From the NCBI GenBank assembly GCA_965278965.1, contig OZ257127.1:2100911-2164910 (forward strand): a stretch of DNA of 64,000 nt. Direction: 5' to 3'. Numbering within the stretch: the stretch's first letter is position 1; every line of letters starts with the position of its first letter. The position numbers were made by a program, and so were the translations under genes. This DNA comes from Actinomycetes bacterium. Its GTDB lineage: Bacteria; Actinomycetota; Actinomycetes; S36-B12. Of the stretch, positions 39,372-49,654 are shown one piece after another. The notes under the pieces are model-generated. The model was given only the letters and a program-made list of their open reading frames with translations, searched no databases and was not told where the DNA came from.

Positions 39372-40997
39372 TCAGGAGGGGTGCAGCGCTCGCGAGAGCC
39401 GTGCGGTGTCCGCCGGTGACCAGGCGCCGTCGGACCCGGGCGCGTCGAGCGCGTATGCCCAGGCCTGCCCGGTGACGTCCGCGTAGTTGTGCCCGATCCC
39501 GGACGGGACCGACCCGGCAGCGGCGAGGTCGAGCCCGGCCTGCAGGAACAGCACGCCCGGCCACCACGTGATACGCGGGTCGACCCCGGGACCGCGTGGC
39601 TCGTCGAGCCAGGCCGGCCGCTGGCGCAGGAGCGCCAGGTCCCACCACGCGACGGGGTCGTTGCTGTGCTGGGTGAGGACGACGCGACGCTCGCCCCAGC
39701 CGGACTGCGTCCACGCCGTCGACGCGGCGGTGGCCGGGGCACGAGCGATCGTGTCGTCGCCGATGACCGGCTCCCACTCGGGACCGGCCGTGCGGGTGTC
39801 GCGCCATGGAGCCCACAGGCTGCTGGTGGCGGGCGATCCGACCCACACGGCGGCGTCGACGTCGTCGGCGACGCCCTCCGGGGTCAGCCCGGCGAACGCC
39901 GCCTGGCCAGCGAACGCGCCGAGGCTCTCGCCGGAGACCGCCAGTTGTGGCCGGGCGTCGGCCGGGAGCGCGGCGACGGCGTCACGGACGGCATCCCACA
40001 GGGCGACGGCCTCGTCCTGCGACGCGCGCTGGTCGACCACGAACGACAGCCAGGACGGCAGCACCGAGTACTGCGTCGACACGGTCGCGATGTCGCCGGC
40101 AGTGAGCAGCTCGGGCGCGGAGACGAGGTCGGGGTCGAGGAAGCCGTTGCCCGTCGTCATGGCGACGACCAGGAGGCTGCGGTCGAACGCCCCGGTGCGC
40201 TGAAGCTCCTGGACGGCGAGGTCGGCGCGCGCCTGCGGCGTATCGGCGGAGTCGATCCCGGCGTAGACCCGGATGGGCTCCTGCGCGGTCGCCCCCGCGT
40301 AGGCGGCGATCTGATCGGTGGTCGGACCGCCGGAGACGAACTGCTGCCCCTCCGCACCGAGCGAGCCGAAGGGCACGAGCGACCCGGGGCCACCCGAACG
40401 CAGGTCAGACGTCGGAGCCGCGACGCCGCTCGGCCGGGCGTTGATCGAGGCGAAAAGGGCTTTCGTCGCCGCGAAGCCGCCGACGACGACGGCCGCGACG
40501 ACGGCTACCGGCACGAGGACACCGACGAGGACGGCGAGCCAGGCGGGGCCGCGCCGCGCGACGGCCCGTCCGGTCGCGCGGCCCAGAGCGCGCAGTGCGC
40601 GACCGAGGAGGAGCAGTGCCAGCCCCGTGGCGATGCCGGCGGGCAGCAGTAGCCACCACGGAACGCCGGCCGCCGCCATGCCGAGGGCCTGCGCCTGCTC
40701 GTCCTGCCAGCCGGCGGCGCGGATCGTCTGCACGACGGCCCACGCCCAGGCGGCGCCGGCGACGGTCAGCCCGACGAGCCCCGGCTGCTCGGGTCCACGC
40801 CGGCCCGCCAAGCGTCGAACGACCCAGCCGAGCAGGGCGCCGATCGCGTACCCCACCGACCACAGCAGCCCGGCGAGCGCGATCGCGATGACCGGCGGTC
40901 GCGGCAGCAGCGACGGCGCGAGGCCGGCCGTCCAGACGAGGGCGGCCCCGGTCAGGCCCGTCGCGGAGCGGGGGAGGACGTTCGGCACGGCTCGCAT
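39372..40997 (-). CDS. membrane-anchored alpha/beta-hydrolase-family protein (Abhydrolase_9-like)
   Basis: ORF track 541 aa. Four to five N-terminal TMs followed by a large soluble domain with the GESLGA nucleophile elbow (VSGESLGAFAG). Confidence 0.72.
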   Translation of the reverse strand: MRAVPNVLPRSATGLTGAALVWTAGLAPSLLPRPPVIAIALAGLLWSVGYAIGALLGWVVRRLAGRRGPEQPGLVGLTVAGAAWAWAVVQTIRAAGWQDEQAQALGMAAAGVPWWLLLPAGIATGLALLLLGRALRALGRATGRAVARRGPAWLAVLVGVLVPVAVVAAVVVGGFAATKALFASINARPSGVAAPTSDLRSGGPGSLVPFGSLGAEGQQFVSGGPTTDQIAAYAGATAQEPIRVYAGIDSADTPQARADLAVQELQRTGAFDRSLLVVAMTTGNGFLDPDLVSAPELLTAGDIATVSTQYSVLPSWLSFVVDQRASQDEAVALWDAVRDAVAALPADARPQLAVSGESLGAFAGQAAFAGLTPEGVADDVDAAVWVGSPATSSLWAPWRDTRTAGPEWEPVIGDDTIARAPATAASTAWTQSGWGERRVVLTQHSNDPVAWWDLALLRQRPAWLDEPRGPGVDPRITWWPGVLFLQAGLDLAAAGSVPSGIGHNYADVTGQAWAYALDAPGSDGAWSPADTARLSRALHPS

Positions 40998-41034
40998 TGT
41001 TCCGGCCGGCCCGCGATGCGCCTACCGTTGAGCC

Positions 41035-41430
41035 ATGGAGCCTCAGGCGAACGTGTTCGGTGAGCAGCTCGAGGTCTGCAGCCTCGAGCCGCTTACGGGG
41101 TTCTTCCGGGACGGGTACTGCAACACCGGTCCGGAGGACATCGGCTCGCACACCGTCTGCGTCGTGGTCACGCCGGAGTTCCTGGAGCACCAGCAGCAGG
41201 TCGGCAACGACCTCTCGACCCCCATGCCCGAGTACGGCTTCGCCGGTCTCACCCCCGGCGACCGCTGGGCCGTGTGTGCGGCGCGTTGGCGTCAGTCCTA
41301 CGACGCCGGCGTGAAGGCGCCGGTCATGCTGCGGGCCACGAACATCGCCGCTACGTCGCTCGTGCCGCTCGACGCGCTGGCCGAGTGCTCGGCCGACGCA
41401 CCGGACGACGTCTCGGCCCTGCTGGACTGA
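41035..41430 (+). CDS. DUF2237-type small conserved protein
   Basis: ORF track 131 aa. N(V/I)FGE.LE.C....TGF.RDGYC.TGP.D.G.H.VC pattern as remembered for DUF2237. Confidence 0.75.
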   Translation: MEPQANVFGEQLEVCSLEPLTGFFRDGYCNTGPEDIGSHTVCVVVTPEFLEHQQQVGNDLSTPMPEYGFAGLTPGDRWAVCAARWRQSYDAGVKAPVMLRATNIAATSLVPLDALAECSADAPDDVSALLD

Positions 41431-41440
41431 CGCCCCTGCC

Positions 41441-43096
41441 CTAGGCCGTGGCGGCCGCGGCGGCGCGTCCGGCCACGCGGCCGGAGTACAGGCAGCCGCC
41501 GAGGAACGTGCCTTCGAGCGCGTTGTAGCCCATCATCCCGCCGCCCCCGAACCCGGCGACCTCGCCAGCGGCGTACAGCCCGTCGAAGACGCTGCCGTCG
41601 GCATGCAGGCAGCGGGCCTCGAGGTCGGTCTCCAGGCCGCCAAGGGTCTTGCGGGACAGGATGTTCAACCGCACGGCGATGAGCGGGCCGGCGGACGGGT
41701 CGAGCAGCCGGTGCGGCGTGGCGACACGGATGAGCTTGTCGCCGCGGTAGTTGCGGGCCGTGCGGATCGCCATGACCTGGGCGTCCTTGGTGAAGGTGTT
41801 GACCATCTCGCGGTCCCGCTCGGCGATCGTCGTGCGGATGAGCGCTGGGTCCAGAGGAGGGACGTCCGGGTCGGCGATGCGGTTCATGCCGGCAACGAGC
41901 TCGTCGACACCGTTCGCGACGACGAAGTCCTCGCCGTGCTGCTTGAACGCCTCGACCGGACCTGGGGCGCCCTTCTTGATCCGCGAGAGCAGGAGCCGGA
42001 TGTCCTTGCCGGTCAGGTCCGGGTTCTGCTCGGACCCGGAGAGGGCGAACTCCTTCTCGATGATCTTCTGCGTCAGCACGAACCACGAGTAGTCGTAGCC
42101 GGTCTGCCGCAGGTGGCGCAACGTGCCGAGGGTGTCGAACCCCGGGAAGTACGGCGCGGGCAGCCGGTTGCCGACGGCGTCGAGCCATAGGGACGACGGG
42201 CCCGGGAGGATGCGGATGCCGTGGTCGGCCCAGATGGGGTCCCAGTTGCGCAGCCCTTCGACGTAGTGCCACATCCGGTCGGGGTTGATGACGTGTGCTC
42301 CGGCAGCCTCGGTGATGCCGAGCATGCGGCCGTCGACGTGCGCCGGGACGCCGGCAACCATGCGCCGCGGGGGTGTCCCCAGTCGCTCGGGCCAGCTGCG
42401 TCGGACGAGGTCGAGGTCGCCGCCGATACCGCCGCTGGTGACGATCACGGCCTGGCCGCGCGCCTCGAACGGGGCGACCTCGACGCGGCTCGTCGGGCGG
42501 CCGCGCTCCTCGCGTGTGGGTTCGAGGACGGCTCCGCGCACGCCCACGACCGCGCCGTCTTCGACGACCAGCTCGTCCACGCGGTGCCGGAACCCGAACG
42601 TGATCCGCCCGGAGATGGCATGCGCGCGGACCCGCCGCTCGAACGGCGCGACGACGCCGGGGCCGGTCCCCCACGTGATGTGGAAGCGGGGCACGGAGTT
42701 CCCGTGGCCGTTCGCACGGCCGTCCCCGCGCTCTGCCCAGCCGACGACGGGGAAGAACCGGTGTCCCATCGACCGGAGCCATGCCCTCTTCTCACCGGCG
42801 GCGAAGTCCAGGTACGCCTCGGCCCACAGTCGCGGCCAGGCATCCTCGGGTCGGTCGAACTGCGCGCTGCCGAACCAGTCCTGGCGCGCCAGGGTGAGGC
42901 TGTCGCGCACACCCATCCGTCGCTGCTCGGGACTGTCGACGAGGAACAGCCCGCCCAGGCTCCAGAACGCCTGGCCGCCGAGGCTCTGCTCGCCCTCCTG
43001 GTCCAGGAGCAGGACGCTGCGTCCTCGATCGGCCGCCTCGGCGGCGGCGACGAGGCCGGCCAACCCGGCTCCGACGGTGATGATGTCGGCCTGCAT
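41441..43096 (-). CDS. FAD-binding dehydrogenase (COG3573-like predicted oxidoreductase)
   Basis: 3' part of ORF 41441..44158. ATG 43096 gives MQADIITVGAGLAGLVAAAEAADRGRSVLLLDQE (Rossmann FAD motif). C-terminal LYAAGEVAGFGGGG. Confidence 0.85.
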   Translation of the reverse strand: MQADIITVGAGLAGLVAAAEAADRGRSVLLLDQEGEQSLGGQAFWSLGGLFLVDSPEQRRMGVRDSLTLARQDWFGSAQFDRPEDAWPRLWAEAYLDFAAGEKRAWLRSMGHRFFPVVGWAERGDGRANGHGNSVPRFHITWGTGPGVVAPFERRVRAHAISGRITFGFRHRVDELVVEDGAVVGVRGAVLEPTREERGRPTSRVEVAPFEARGQAVIVTSGGIGGDLDLVRRSWPERLGTPPRRMVAGVPAHVDGRMLGITEAAGAHVINPDRMWHYVEGLRNWDPIWADHGIRILPGPSSLWLDAVGNRLPAPYFPGFDTLGTLRHLRQTGYDYSWFVLTQKIIEKEFALSGSEQNPDLTGKDIRLLLSRIKKGAPGPVEAFKQHGEDFVVANGVDELVAGMNRIADPDVPPLDPALIRTTIAERDREMVNTFTKDAQVMAIRTARNYRGDKLIRVATPHRLLDPSAGPLIAVRLNILSRKTLGGLETDLEARCLHADGSVFDGLYAAGEVAGFGGGGMMGYNALEGTFLGGCLYSGRVAGRAAAAATA

Positions 43097-43213
43097 GCCC
43101 ACGGTGCTCCTCTCGTCCAGCGGCCCAGTCTCCCAGCCCGGCCCTGTCCGTACGTCCCGGTCGGACAGCTCGTTCACCTGCGCGGGAAAGGGCCGTCCGA
43201 CGACGATGACTCT

Positions 43214-44392
43214 GTGACGACCTTTGCCGACTCGATCACGGTCGAAGACCTCGACGTCGACCCGTACCCGATCTTCGCGCGGCTGCGGGCCGACGAGCCG
43301 GTGGCCTGGGTGCCGGCCCTGAACTGCTGGCTCGTGACCCGGGCGGCCGAGGTCGAGCTCGTGACGACGCGACCGGAGCTCTTCACCGCCGAAGCACCCG
43401 ACGCCCCCATCGATCGGTCGTTCGGCGGCCCCACCCTGATGACGATGGACGGCCCGGAGCATCTGGCCATGCGCCGAGCCCTCGACGCGAGGTTCCGCCC
43501 GCGCGTCGTCGCGACGTACATCGACGACCTCGTTGCCCCGATCGCCGCGCAGCACCTCGCCCGACTGCTCGCCCGGCCGGAGCGCACGGCCGAGTTGGTC
43601 ACGGAGTACTTCGAGCCGGTCAGCGTGTTGGCGCTCGGCCGGCTCCTCGGCGTCGGGCACCTGCCCGCCGAGCGTCTCCAGGAGTGGTTCCACGGGCTCG
43701 CGATGGGCGCCATCAACTACGAGAACGACCCCGCGAAGCAGGCGGCGAACGACGCGACGGCGGCTGACATCGACCGCGAGCTCGTGCCGATGATGGAGCG
43801 GCTGCAGCGCGATCCGGACGACTCGACGATCGCGTCGATGCTCACGCACGGCTGCCCGGCCGGCGAGTTCCGGTCGATCGAGGCCGTCATGCCGTCGCTG
43901 AAGGTGATCCTGCTCGGGGGCATGCAGGAGCCCGGGCATGGTGCGGCGAGCTGCCTGGCCGCCCTCCTCCAGCACCCGGACCAGCTCGCGTGGCTGAGGG
44001 AGAACCCGGATCGTTGGGACGATGCGGTGCATGAGGCGCTGCGCTGGGTCGCCCCGATCGGCACGATGCAGGTGACGGCGCTCCGCGACGTCGAGCTTGC
44101 CGGAGTCACGATCCCGGCCGGCGCGCTCGTGTCGGCGGTCGTGTCGAGTGCCTGTCATGACGAGGCGCTGTTCGCCTCACCCGAGGTGTTCGACATCCGC
44201 CGACCGCGCCAGCCGAACGCCGCGTTCGGCTACGGTCCCCACTTCTGTGCCGGCCACCAGTTCGCACGGGACCTGGAGCGGATCAGCCTGACGATGCTCG
44301 TCGACGCGATGCCGGACCTCGCCCTGGCCGAGCCCGCGGTGTTCCGCGGCTGGGAGTTCCGGGCGCCGGCGGCGCTGCACGTCGGCTGGTAG
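43214..44392 (+). CDS. cytochrome P450
   Basis: 3' part of ORF 42221..44392. GTG 43214 is the first plausible in-frame start after the divergent gene. ExxR (HEALRW) and heme-thiolate loop FGYGPHFCAGHQFA. Confidence 0.9.
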   Translation: MTTFADSITVEDLDVDPYPIFARLRADEPVAWVPALNCWLVTRAAEVELVTTRPELFTAEAPDAPIDRSFGGPTLMTMDGPEHLAMRRALDARFRPRVVATYIDDLVAPIAAQHLARLLARPERTAELVTEYFEPVSVLALGRLLGVGHLPAERLQEWFHGLAMGAINYENDPAKQAANDATAADIDRELVPMMERLQRDPDDSTIASMLTHGCPAGEFRSIEAVMPSLKVILLGGMQEPGHGAASCLAALLQHPDQLAWLRENPDRWDDAVHEALRWVAPIGTMQVTALRDVELAGVTIPAGALVSAVVSSACHDEALFASPEVFDIRRPRQPNAAFGYGPHFCAGHQFARDLERISLTMLVDAMPDLALAEPAVFRGWEFRAPAALHVGW

Positions 44393-44424
44393 CCGGTGCG
44401 CCGTGGCGTCGAGGGGACGCAGCT

Positions 44425-45087
44425 CTAGCGCACGAGCCCGACGTCGTACGCATAGATGACCGCCTGCACGCGGTTGCGCAGCCCCAGCTTGGCCAGGATG
44501 CTGCCGACGTGCGTCTTGACCGTCGCCTCGGCGACAACGAGGCGTTCAGCGATCTCCGCGTTCGTCAGTCCGTCCGCGACCAGTCGGAGCACCTCGGTCT
44601 CGCGAGGTGTGAGGTTGTCGGCACCGCCACGTCTCGCCGGGCTGGTGGACGACGATGCGGCCAGCTGAGCGGCATGGAGGTCGAGCAGTCGGCGCGTGAT
44701 CCGCGGTGACAGCACGGCGTCGCCGGCCGCGACGGCGCGGATCGCATGGATGAGCGCGTCGACCGGTACGTCCTTCAGGACGAAGCCGCTCGCACCGGCC
44801 TCGAGCGCGGCGAACGCGTAGTCATCGAGGTCGAAGGTCGTGATGACGAGGATCCGGGCGCTCGGGTCGCGCGCGATGATCTGGCTGGTAGCCGCGATGC
44901 CGTCGACGCCAGGCATCCGCACGTCTATGAGGACCACGTCCGGCGCGAGCTCGGCGACGCGCCGGACGGCTTCGGCCCCGTCGGCGGCGTCGCCGACGAC
45001 CTCGAAGCCCTCCGCCTCCTCGAGGATCATCCGGAACCCGGCCCGGATGAGGTCCTGGTCGTCAGCGATGACGACGCGGATCGTCAT
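44425..45087 (-). CDS. NarL/LuxR-family response regulator
   Basis: ORF track 220 aa. Receiver [60 protein letters not shown]. Confidence 0.9.
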   Translation of the reverse strand: MTIRVVIADDQDLIRAGFRMILEEAEGFEVVGDAADGAEAVRRVAELAPDVVLIDVRMPGVDGIAATSQIIARDPSARILVITTFDLDDYAFAALEAGASGFVLKDVPVDALIHAIRAVAAGDAVLSPRITRRLLDLHAAQLAASSSTSPARRGGADNLTPRETEVLRLVADGLTNAEIAERLVVAEATVKTHVGSILAKLGLRNRVQAVIYAYDVGLVR

Positions 45088-46397
45088 GGCGTGCCATCCA
45101 CCGCTATGAGTCGTGACGAGCTGTCTGCAGCGCGAGGCAGGTGCGCCTGCACCAGCCAGCCGCCCGTCGGGCCCGGACCCGCGCTGACGGTGCCCCCGTG
45201 CACGGCGGCGCGCTCCCGCATGCCAACGAGCCCGAGGCCTGATCGGGAGCTCGATCGGGACGGCGTGGTGCCATCGTCGGCGACCTGCACCGTGATGGCG
45301 TCGGCAGCGACGTCCACGGCCACGTCGACGCGCGTCGCGCCCACGGCGTGAGCGAGGGTGTTCGTGAGGGACTCCTGGACGATCCGGTGCACGGTGAGCT
45401 GCAACGCGGCCGACACCGATGGCGGGGTCGCCGCCACATGGAGCTCCGCATCAAGACCTGCGGAGCGCACGCCATCGACCAGGTCGGGGAGCTCGGCCAT
45501 TCCCGGCGCGGGATGGCGCACGTCGTGGTCGCTGTCGGACCGCAGGACGCCGAGCAGTCCGCGCATCTCGCCGAGGGCCTGCCGCCCCGTGGCCGACACC
45601 TGCCTCATCGTCGCGGCTGCACCCTGCGCGTCGCCCGGTGCCTTGAGCGCCGCGGCGTCCGACAACGTCACCATGACCGACAGCCCGTGCGCGACGACGT
45701 CGTGCATCTCGCGCGCGATGCGGGCGCGTTCGGCAGCAGCAGCGATCGCGACCTGCTGGCCCCGTTCGCGTTCGAGCTGGTCGGCCCGTTCGGTGAGTGC
45801 GATGACGGACTGTCGGCGCGCGCGCACGCTGATGCCGAGCAGCAGCGCGACGGCAACCGGCCCAGACAGGTAGACGACGCGCATCAGCAGCGGCTGCGCG
45901 AGGTCCCCGGCGAGGTTCCACCGCACGGCGGCGAGGATCACGCCGAGCTCGAGAACCGCGGCAGCGGTGACGGCGACGCGGCTGGGGTACCGACTCGCGA
46001 CGGTGTAGAGGTACACGAGGAGCACGACGTCTGCGGCCAGGCTGATCGACAGGCTCCACTGGACGAGCGCCACCGCTGCGGCGAACGCGAAGACCGCCAC
46101 GGGGAACCGACGACGCCACACGAGCGGCAGCACCAGCAGGGCGGTCAGGGCGAGTCGCTCGGTGAGCCCCGTCGGCTGCTGAGCCCAGTAGCGCAGTTGC
46201 GGCACCGTGAACCCGGCCAGGGCGAGCGCGAGCACCGCGTCGACCGTCTTGGGGTGGCGGCGGGCCCACGACGTGACCCGAGCCAGTGGCCCACCCGAAG
46301 GTCCGGCCGAGGTGCCGTTGCCGTCCTCCTCGGTCAGCCACCTGGCGACGTGGGCGCGTAGCGCTGCCGGCCCGGTCATGGGCACAGCATGCGCCAT
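45084..46397 (-). CDS. membrane sensor histidine kinase (HisKA_3/DesK-LiaS type)
   Basis: ORF track 437 aa (alternative ATG at 46379). The stop overlaps the regulator start (ATGA). Five to six TMs, H-box [17 protein letters not shown], HATPase_c ([16 protein letters not shown]). Confidence 0.85.
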   Translation of the reverse strand: MAHAVPMTGPAALRAHVARWLTEEDGNGTSAGPSGGPLARVTSWARRHPKTVDAVLALALAGFTVPQLRYWAQQPTGLTERLALTALLVLPLVWRRRFPVAVFAFAAAVALVQWSLSISLAADVVLLVYLYTVASRYPSRVAVTAAAVLELGVILAAVRWNLAGDLAQPLLMRVVYLSGPVAVALLLGISVRARRQSVIALTERADQLERERGQQVAIAAAAERARIAREMHDVVAHGLSVMVTLSDAAALKAPGDAQGAAATMRQVSATGRQALGEMRGLLGVLRSDSDHDVRHPAPGMAELPDLVDGVRSAGLDAELHVAATPPSVSAALQLTVHRIVQESLTNTLAHAVGATRVDVAVDVAADAITVQVADDGTTPSRSSSRSGLGLVGMRERAAVHGGTVSAGPGPTGGWLVQAHLPRAADSSSRLIAVDGTP

Positions 46398-46424
46398 CGC
46401 CGGGTCGCTGCGTCCCCGGTGGCG

Positions 46425-47120
46425 CTAGCCAAAGAACAGCGTCAAGGACAGCGGGGCGATCGACCCCTGCGTGTTGCCCAGGACCATGAGCATGAGGAGC
46501 AGGCACGTGGCCGACGTGAATGCGCCGGCCAGCAGGATGCCGGCGGTGGCGACGGCTGACTGCGGGCCGTCGCGGCGTGACCGTCGGACGATCGCGCGCC
46601 ACAGGGCCGCCGTGAGGAGGACGAATCCGACCAAGAGCACGGCGCACACCACCGCCTTCGGACGCTGCCACTCAAGCCGGTCGTCGATGCTGGCCCGGAC
46701 GAGCGGCGGCACCGCCTCCGAGTCGGACTGGAGCCATGCCGCGAAGGCCTGGTGCAGTTGTCCGGCACTGGAGGCCGGACGGGGGGATCCCACGAGGTCG
46801 AGGGCCCCGGTGAACCCGTCGACCGGGCTCAGGACGGTGCTGATGTTCGCGGCCACGAGGAGGGCCAGGAAGGCGGAGACGAGGGCAGCGATGCCGCCGA
46901 CGGCGAGTGCGGTCGCGCGCTCGAGGGTCCACGGCCCGCGGATGGCCCGACGACCGCAGGCGAACGTGAGTCCGAGCACGGCCAACAGGAAGACGCTCCC
47001 GAGGACGGCGATCACGACGTGGTAGCGGGAGTAGTCCGCGAGCAAGGCCTCCAGCGCGGGGCTGGGCGAAGCGGACGGCATGAGCTGCTGGCGCAGCGTC
47101 TCGGCGAGATCGTTGCTCAT
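46425..47120 (-). CDS. four-TM membrane protein of unknown function, first gene of the two-component operon
   Basis: ORF track 231 aa. Protein-like composition with four long hydrophobic segments. 27 nt upstream of the kinase gene. Confidence 0.55.
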   Translation of the reverse strand: MSNDLAETLRQQLMPSASPSPALEALLADYSRYHVVIAVLGSVFLLAVLGLTFACGRRAIRGPWTLERATALAVGGIAALVSAFLALLVAANISTVLSPVDGFTGALDLVGSPRPASSAGQLHQAFAAWLQSDSEAVPPLVRASIDDRLEWQRPKAVVCAVLLVGFVLLTAALWRAIVRRSRRDGPQSAVATAGILLAGAFTSATCLLLMLMVLGNTQGSIAPLSLTLFFG

Positions 47121-47242
47121 GGCACGACGGTAGGAACGGGCGCGACGACGCGCATCGCCCGTCCGGACGGTTCTCGTTCGTGGCAGCTACGACCAAAGGA
47201 TGAGTCCTAGACTCGCGGCCACCTGCGACTGGGAGGCCTTCG

Positions 47243-47863
47243 ATGGCGAAGATCGTGTCGACCCTGTTCATCTCGTTGGATGGCGTGGCAGAGATCGACT
47301 TCGCCTGGCACTTCCCATACTTCGACGCGCAGATGGGCGCCGCCGTCGGCGAGGACTACGCCGACGCCGACGTCCTGCTCCTGGGGCGCGTCACCTACGA
47401 CAGCTTCGCCGGCGCGTGGCCCGAGCGCGAGGCTGGCGGGGGCGATGACGCCCCGTTCGCGAAGAAGCTGGGCGACCTGCGGAAGGTCGTGGCGACCCGC
47501 GGCGAGCGGGACCTCGGCTGGCGGAACGCCGAGCGCACGTCCGACGGCCTCATCGCGGCAGCGACGGCACTGCGCGAGGACACGTCGATCGCGAAGGTCC
47601 TGATCCCGGGCTCGATCTCGGTCGTCCGACAGCTGCTGGCGGCGGGCCTGCTCGACGAGCTGCGGCTCCTCATCCACCCGGTCGCCGCCCGGCACGGCGA
47701 GCGGCTCTTCGACGAGGGTGAGCCGATGCTCGGCTTCGAGCTCGTCCGGTCGGAGGCGCTGCCGACGGGTGTGCTCCGCGTGATCTACGCGGCGGGGGAG
47801 ATCCCGGCTGCCAAGGACTACGCGGACGTCGTCGAGGACGTGCCGCCGGCCGAGGCCGGATGA
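47243..47863 (+). CDS. dihydrofolate-reductase-like (RibD C-terminal domain) family protein
   Basis: ORF track 206 aa. RBS GGGAGG. Pattern ISLDGV......LLLGRVTY..FA..WP is typical of the family. Confidence 0.78.
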   Translation: MAKIVSTLFISLDGVAEIDFAWHFPYFDAQMGAAVGEDYADADVLLLGRVTYDSFAGAWPEREAGGGDDAPFAKKLGDLRKVVATRGERDLGWRNAERTSDGLIAAATALREDTSIAKVLIPGSISVVRQLLAAGLLDELRLLIHPVAARHGERLFDEGEPMLGFELVRSEALPTGVLRVIYAAGEIPAAKDYADVVEDVPPAEAG

Positions 47864-48369
47864 CGGCGCCGTTCTCACTGGCGGTCTCGGTCGACGAGGT
47901 CCCCTGGGACGACCTGGATGCCGCGGCCCTGCGGGCTGCTCAGCGCGCCGAGCTCGACGCACGGTACGGGTCGGACGACCACGAGCCTGGCGTCCGCCCG
48001 TCGGCCGCCGACGTCGTCGTGTTCCTCGTCGCCCGTACCGATGACGGCATTGCCGTCGCGTGCGGTGGCCTGCGCCTGCTCGGGGACGACGTCCTTGGTC
48101 CCGGCGTTGCGGAGATCAAGCGGATGTACGCGACGCCGGCGGCGCGGGGGACCGGAGCGGCAGTCGCGGTCCTCCGAGAGCTGGAGCGGCGAGCCGTCGA
48201 CCTCGGCGTGACGGATCTGGTGCTGGAAACGGGCACGTTCCAGCCCGACGCCCAGCGGTTCTACGAGCGCGAGGGGTACTGGCGCGTCCCATTGTTCGGC
48301 GACTACATCGGGTCAGGCATCTCCTTGTGCTACGGGTGTCACCTCCAGGCACGGCCTTCGTCGCCGTGA
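47860..48369 (+). CDS. GNAT-family N-acetyltransferase
   Basis: ORF track 169 aa. The ATG overlaps the upstream stop (ATGA). Acetyl-CoA motif ARGTGAAVAVLRELERRA. Confidence 0.8.
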   Translation: MTAPFSLAVSVDEVPWDDLDAAALRAAQRAELDARYGSDDHEPGVRPSAADVVVFLVARTDDGIAVACGGLRLLGDDVLGPGVAEIKRMYATPAARGTGAAVAVLRELERRAVDLGVTDLVLETGTFQPDAQRFYEREGYWRVPLFGDYIGSGISLCYGCHLQARPSSP

Positions 48370-48418
48370 ACGGGCGCGGGGGCTGTCGCCGCGCGGCGTC
48401 GCGGGAGAGGATCGACCC

Positions 48419-48895
48419 ATGCAGGTGCTGATGGTCTTCGAGGTCGCGTGCACCCCCGACGTCGCCTGGCGGGCCCTGCACTCGCCGGCAGTCGTCGCGG
48501 ACCTGTACGGACCGCTCCTGCAGCTGAAGGCCGACGCCGAGCTGCCGGAGCAGTGGCGCTCCGGCGAGGAGGCGGCAGTCGGCATGAGCGTCCTCGGCGT
48601 CGTCCCGATGGGCCGCCAGACCATCCGGATCACCGATCGCGAAGTCGACCTGGACGGCACGACAGTGCGCGTGATGCGAGACAGCGGACGGCCGCTCAGC
48701 GGCCCGCTCTCCCTGCTGTCGCTCTGGGACCACCAGATGGCCGTCGGCCCTGTCGCGGGATCACCCGAGCGGGCCCTCTGGCGTGACCGGTTGACGATCG
48801 GCGGCGCGCTGGCGCCGGCGCTCTATCCCGGGCTGTGGGCGACCTGGCAGTGGCGTCGGTCGCGCATCATCGCGATGGCACCGACGTGGACGTGA
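48419..48895 (+). CDS. hypothetical protein (possibly SRPBCC-like)
   Basis: ORF track 158 aa. Reasonable composition but no motif I can name. The 3' end overlaps the convergent GNAT gene by 29 nt. Confidence 0.45.
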   Translation: MQVLMVFEVACTPDVAWRALHSPAVVADLYGPLLQLKADAELPEQWRSGEEAAVGMSVLGVVPMGRQTIRITDREVDLDGTTVRVMRDSGRPLSGPLSLLSLWDHQMAVGPVAGSPERALWRDRLTIGGALAPALYPGLWATWQWRRSRIIAMAPTWT

Positions 48896-49487
48896 CCGCG
48901 GGCTGGCCGTCGTCGCGGCCCGATGTCGCGTGGAGCGCGCGCCACTCGCGGTCGAGGATCGCGTACTCGTAGCCGTCGACCCACCCGAGCTCGGCGTGCC
49001 AGGAGTCCTCGAGGCCGTGGTGCTCGCGGCGCATGCCGATCTTCTCCAGAACGCGCGCGGACGCGGCGTTGTCGGCGAAGCAGCCGGCCGTCACGCGGCG
49101 CGCACCGAGGCGGTCGAACGCAGCGGCGAGCAGCCCGCGCGCGAGGTCGGTGGCCACTCCTCGGCCGGCATGCGCGGGGTCGACGACGTAGCCGATCAGC
49201 GCCTGCGTCCTCGGCGGCATGCCTGGCTGGCCGGCACCGTCGACGAGGTCGAGGAAGCCCATCGCCACGACGTGTCCGTCGAGCTCTGCCACGCAGGAGA
49301 AGTCATCGGGACTCGCCGGAACCGCGAGCCACTCGGCTCGGAGAACCTCCGGCTCGACGTGGGTCCGCATCATCCATTGGTTCACCTCGGACGTGTTCCG
49401 GAACGCCAGCAGCCGATCGAGGTCGGCGTCGGTCGCCTCCCGCAGGAGGAGCTGCCCGGCACGCGCGGGCCATGGACGCACAGTCAC
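48867..49487 (-). CDS. GNAT-family N-acetyltransferase (RimJ/RimL-like)
   Basis: ORF track 206 aa. Acetyl-CoA motif HAGRGVATDLARGLL, and NAASARVLEKIGMRRE. Confidence 0.8.
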   Translation of the reverse strand: MTVRPWPARAGQLLLREATDADLDRLLAFRNTSEVNQWMMRTHVEPEVLRAEWLAVPASPDDFSCVAELDGHVVAMGFLDLVDGAGQPGMPPRTQALIGYVVDPAHAGRGVATDLARGLLAAAFDRLGARRVTAGCFADNAASARVLEKIGMRREHHGLEDSWHAELGWVDGYEYAILDREWRALHATSGRDDGQPAVTSTSVPSR

Positions 49488-49654
49488 GTCGACGATCCTG
49501 GCAGGTGCGATCGCTGTCGCGACGTACCGTCACCCTCCGCGCAACCTCATGACCTTCGCGGCTCATCCGAGGAGCCCGTCATTGCGGTACGGTCTGCGCC
49601 GGTTGTCGCCCGACGTGGTCGACCAATCCACCTCGTCGATGTCAGGAGCGCACC

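Noticed and set aside
43097-44158. N-terminal extension of the FAD dehydrogenase ORF (41441..44158), and the matching extension of the P450 ORF (42221..43213).
   Set aside because: Each extension runs antisense through the other, well-supported gene. The Rossmann motif follows ATG 43096 directly, and the P450 sequence becomes protein-like only after GTG 43214.
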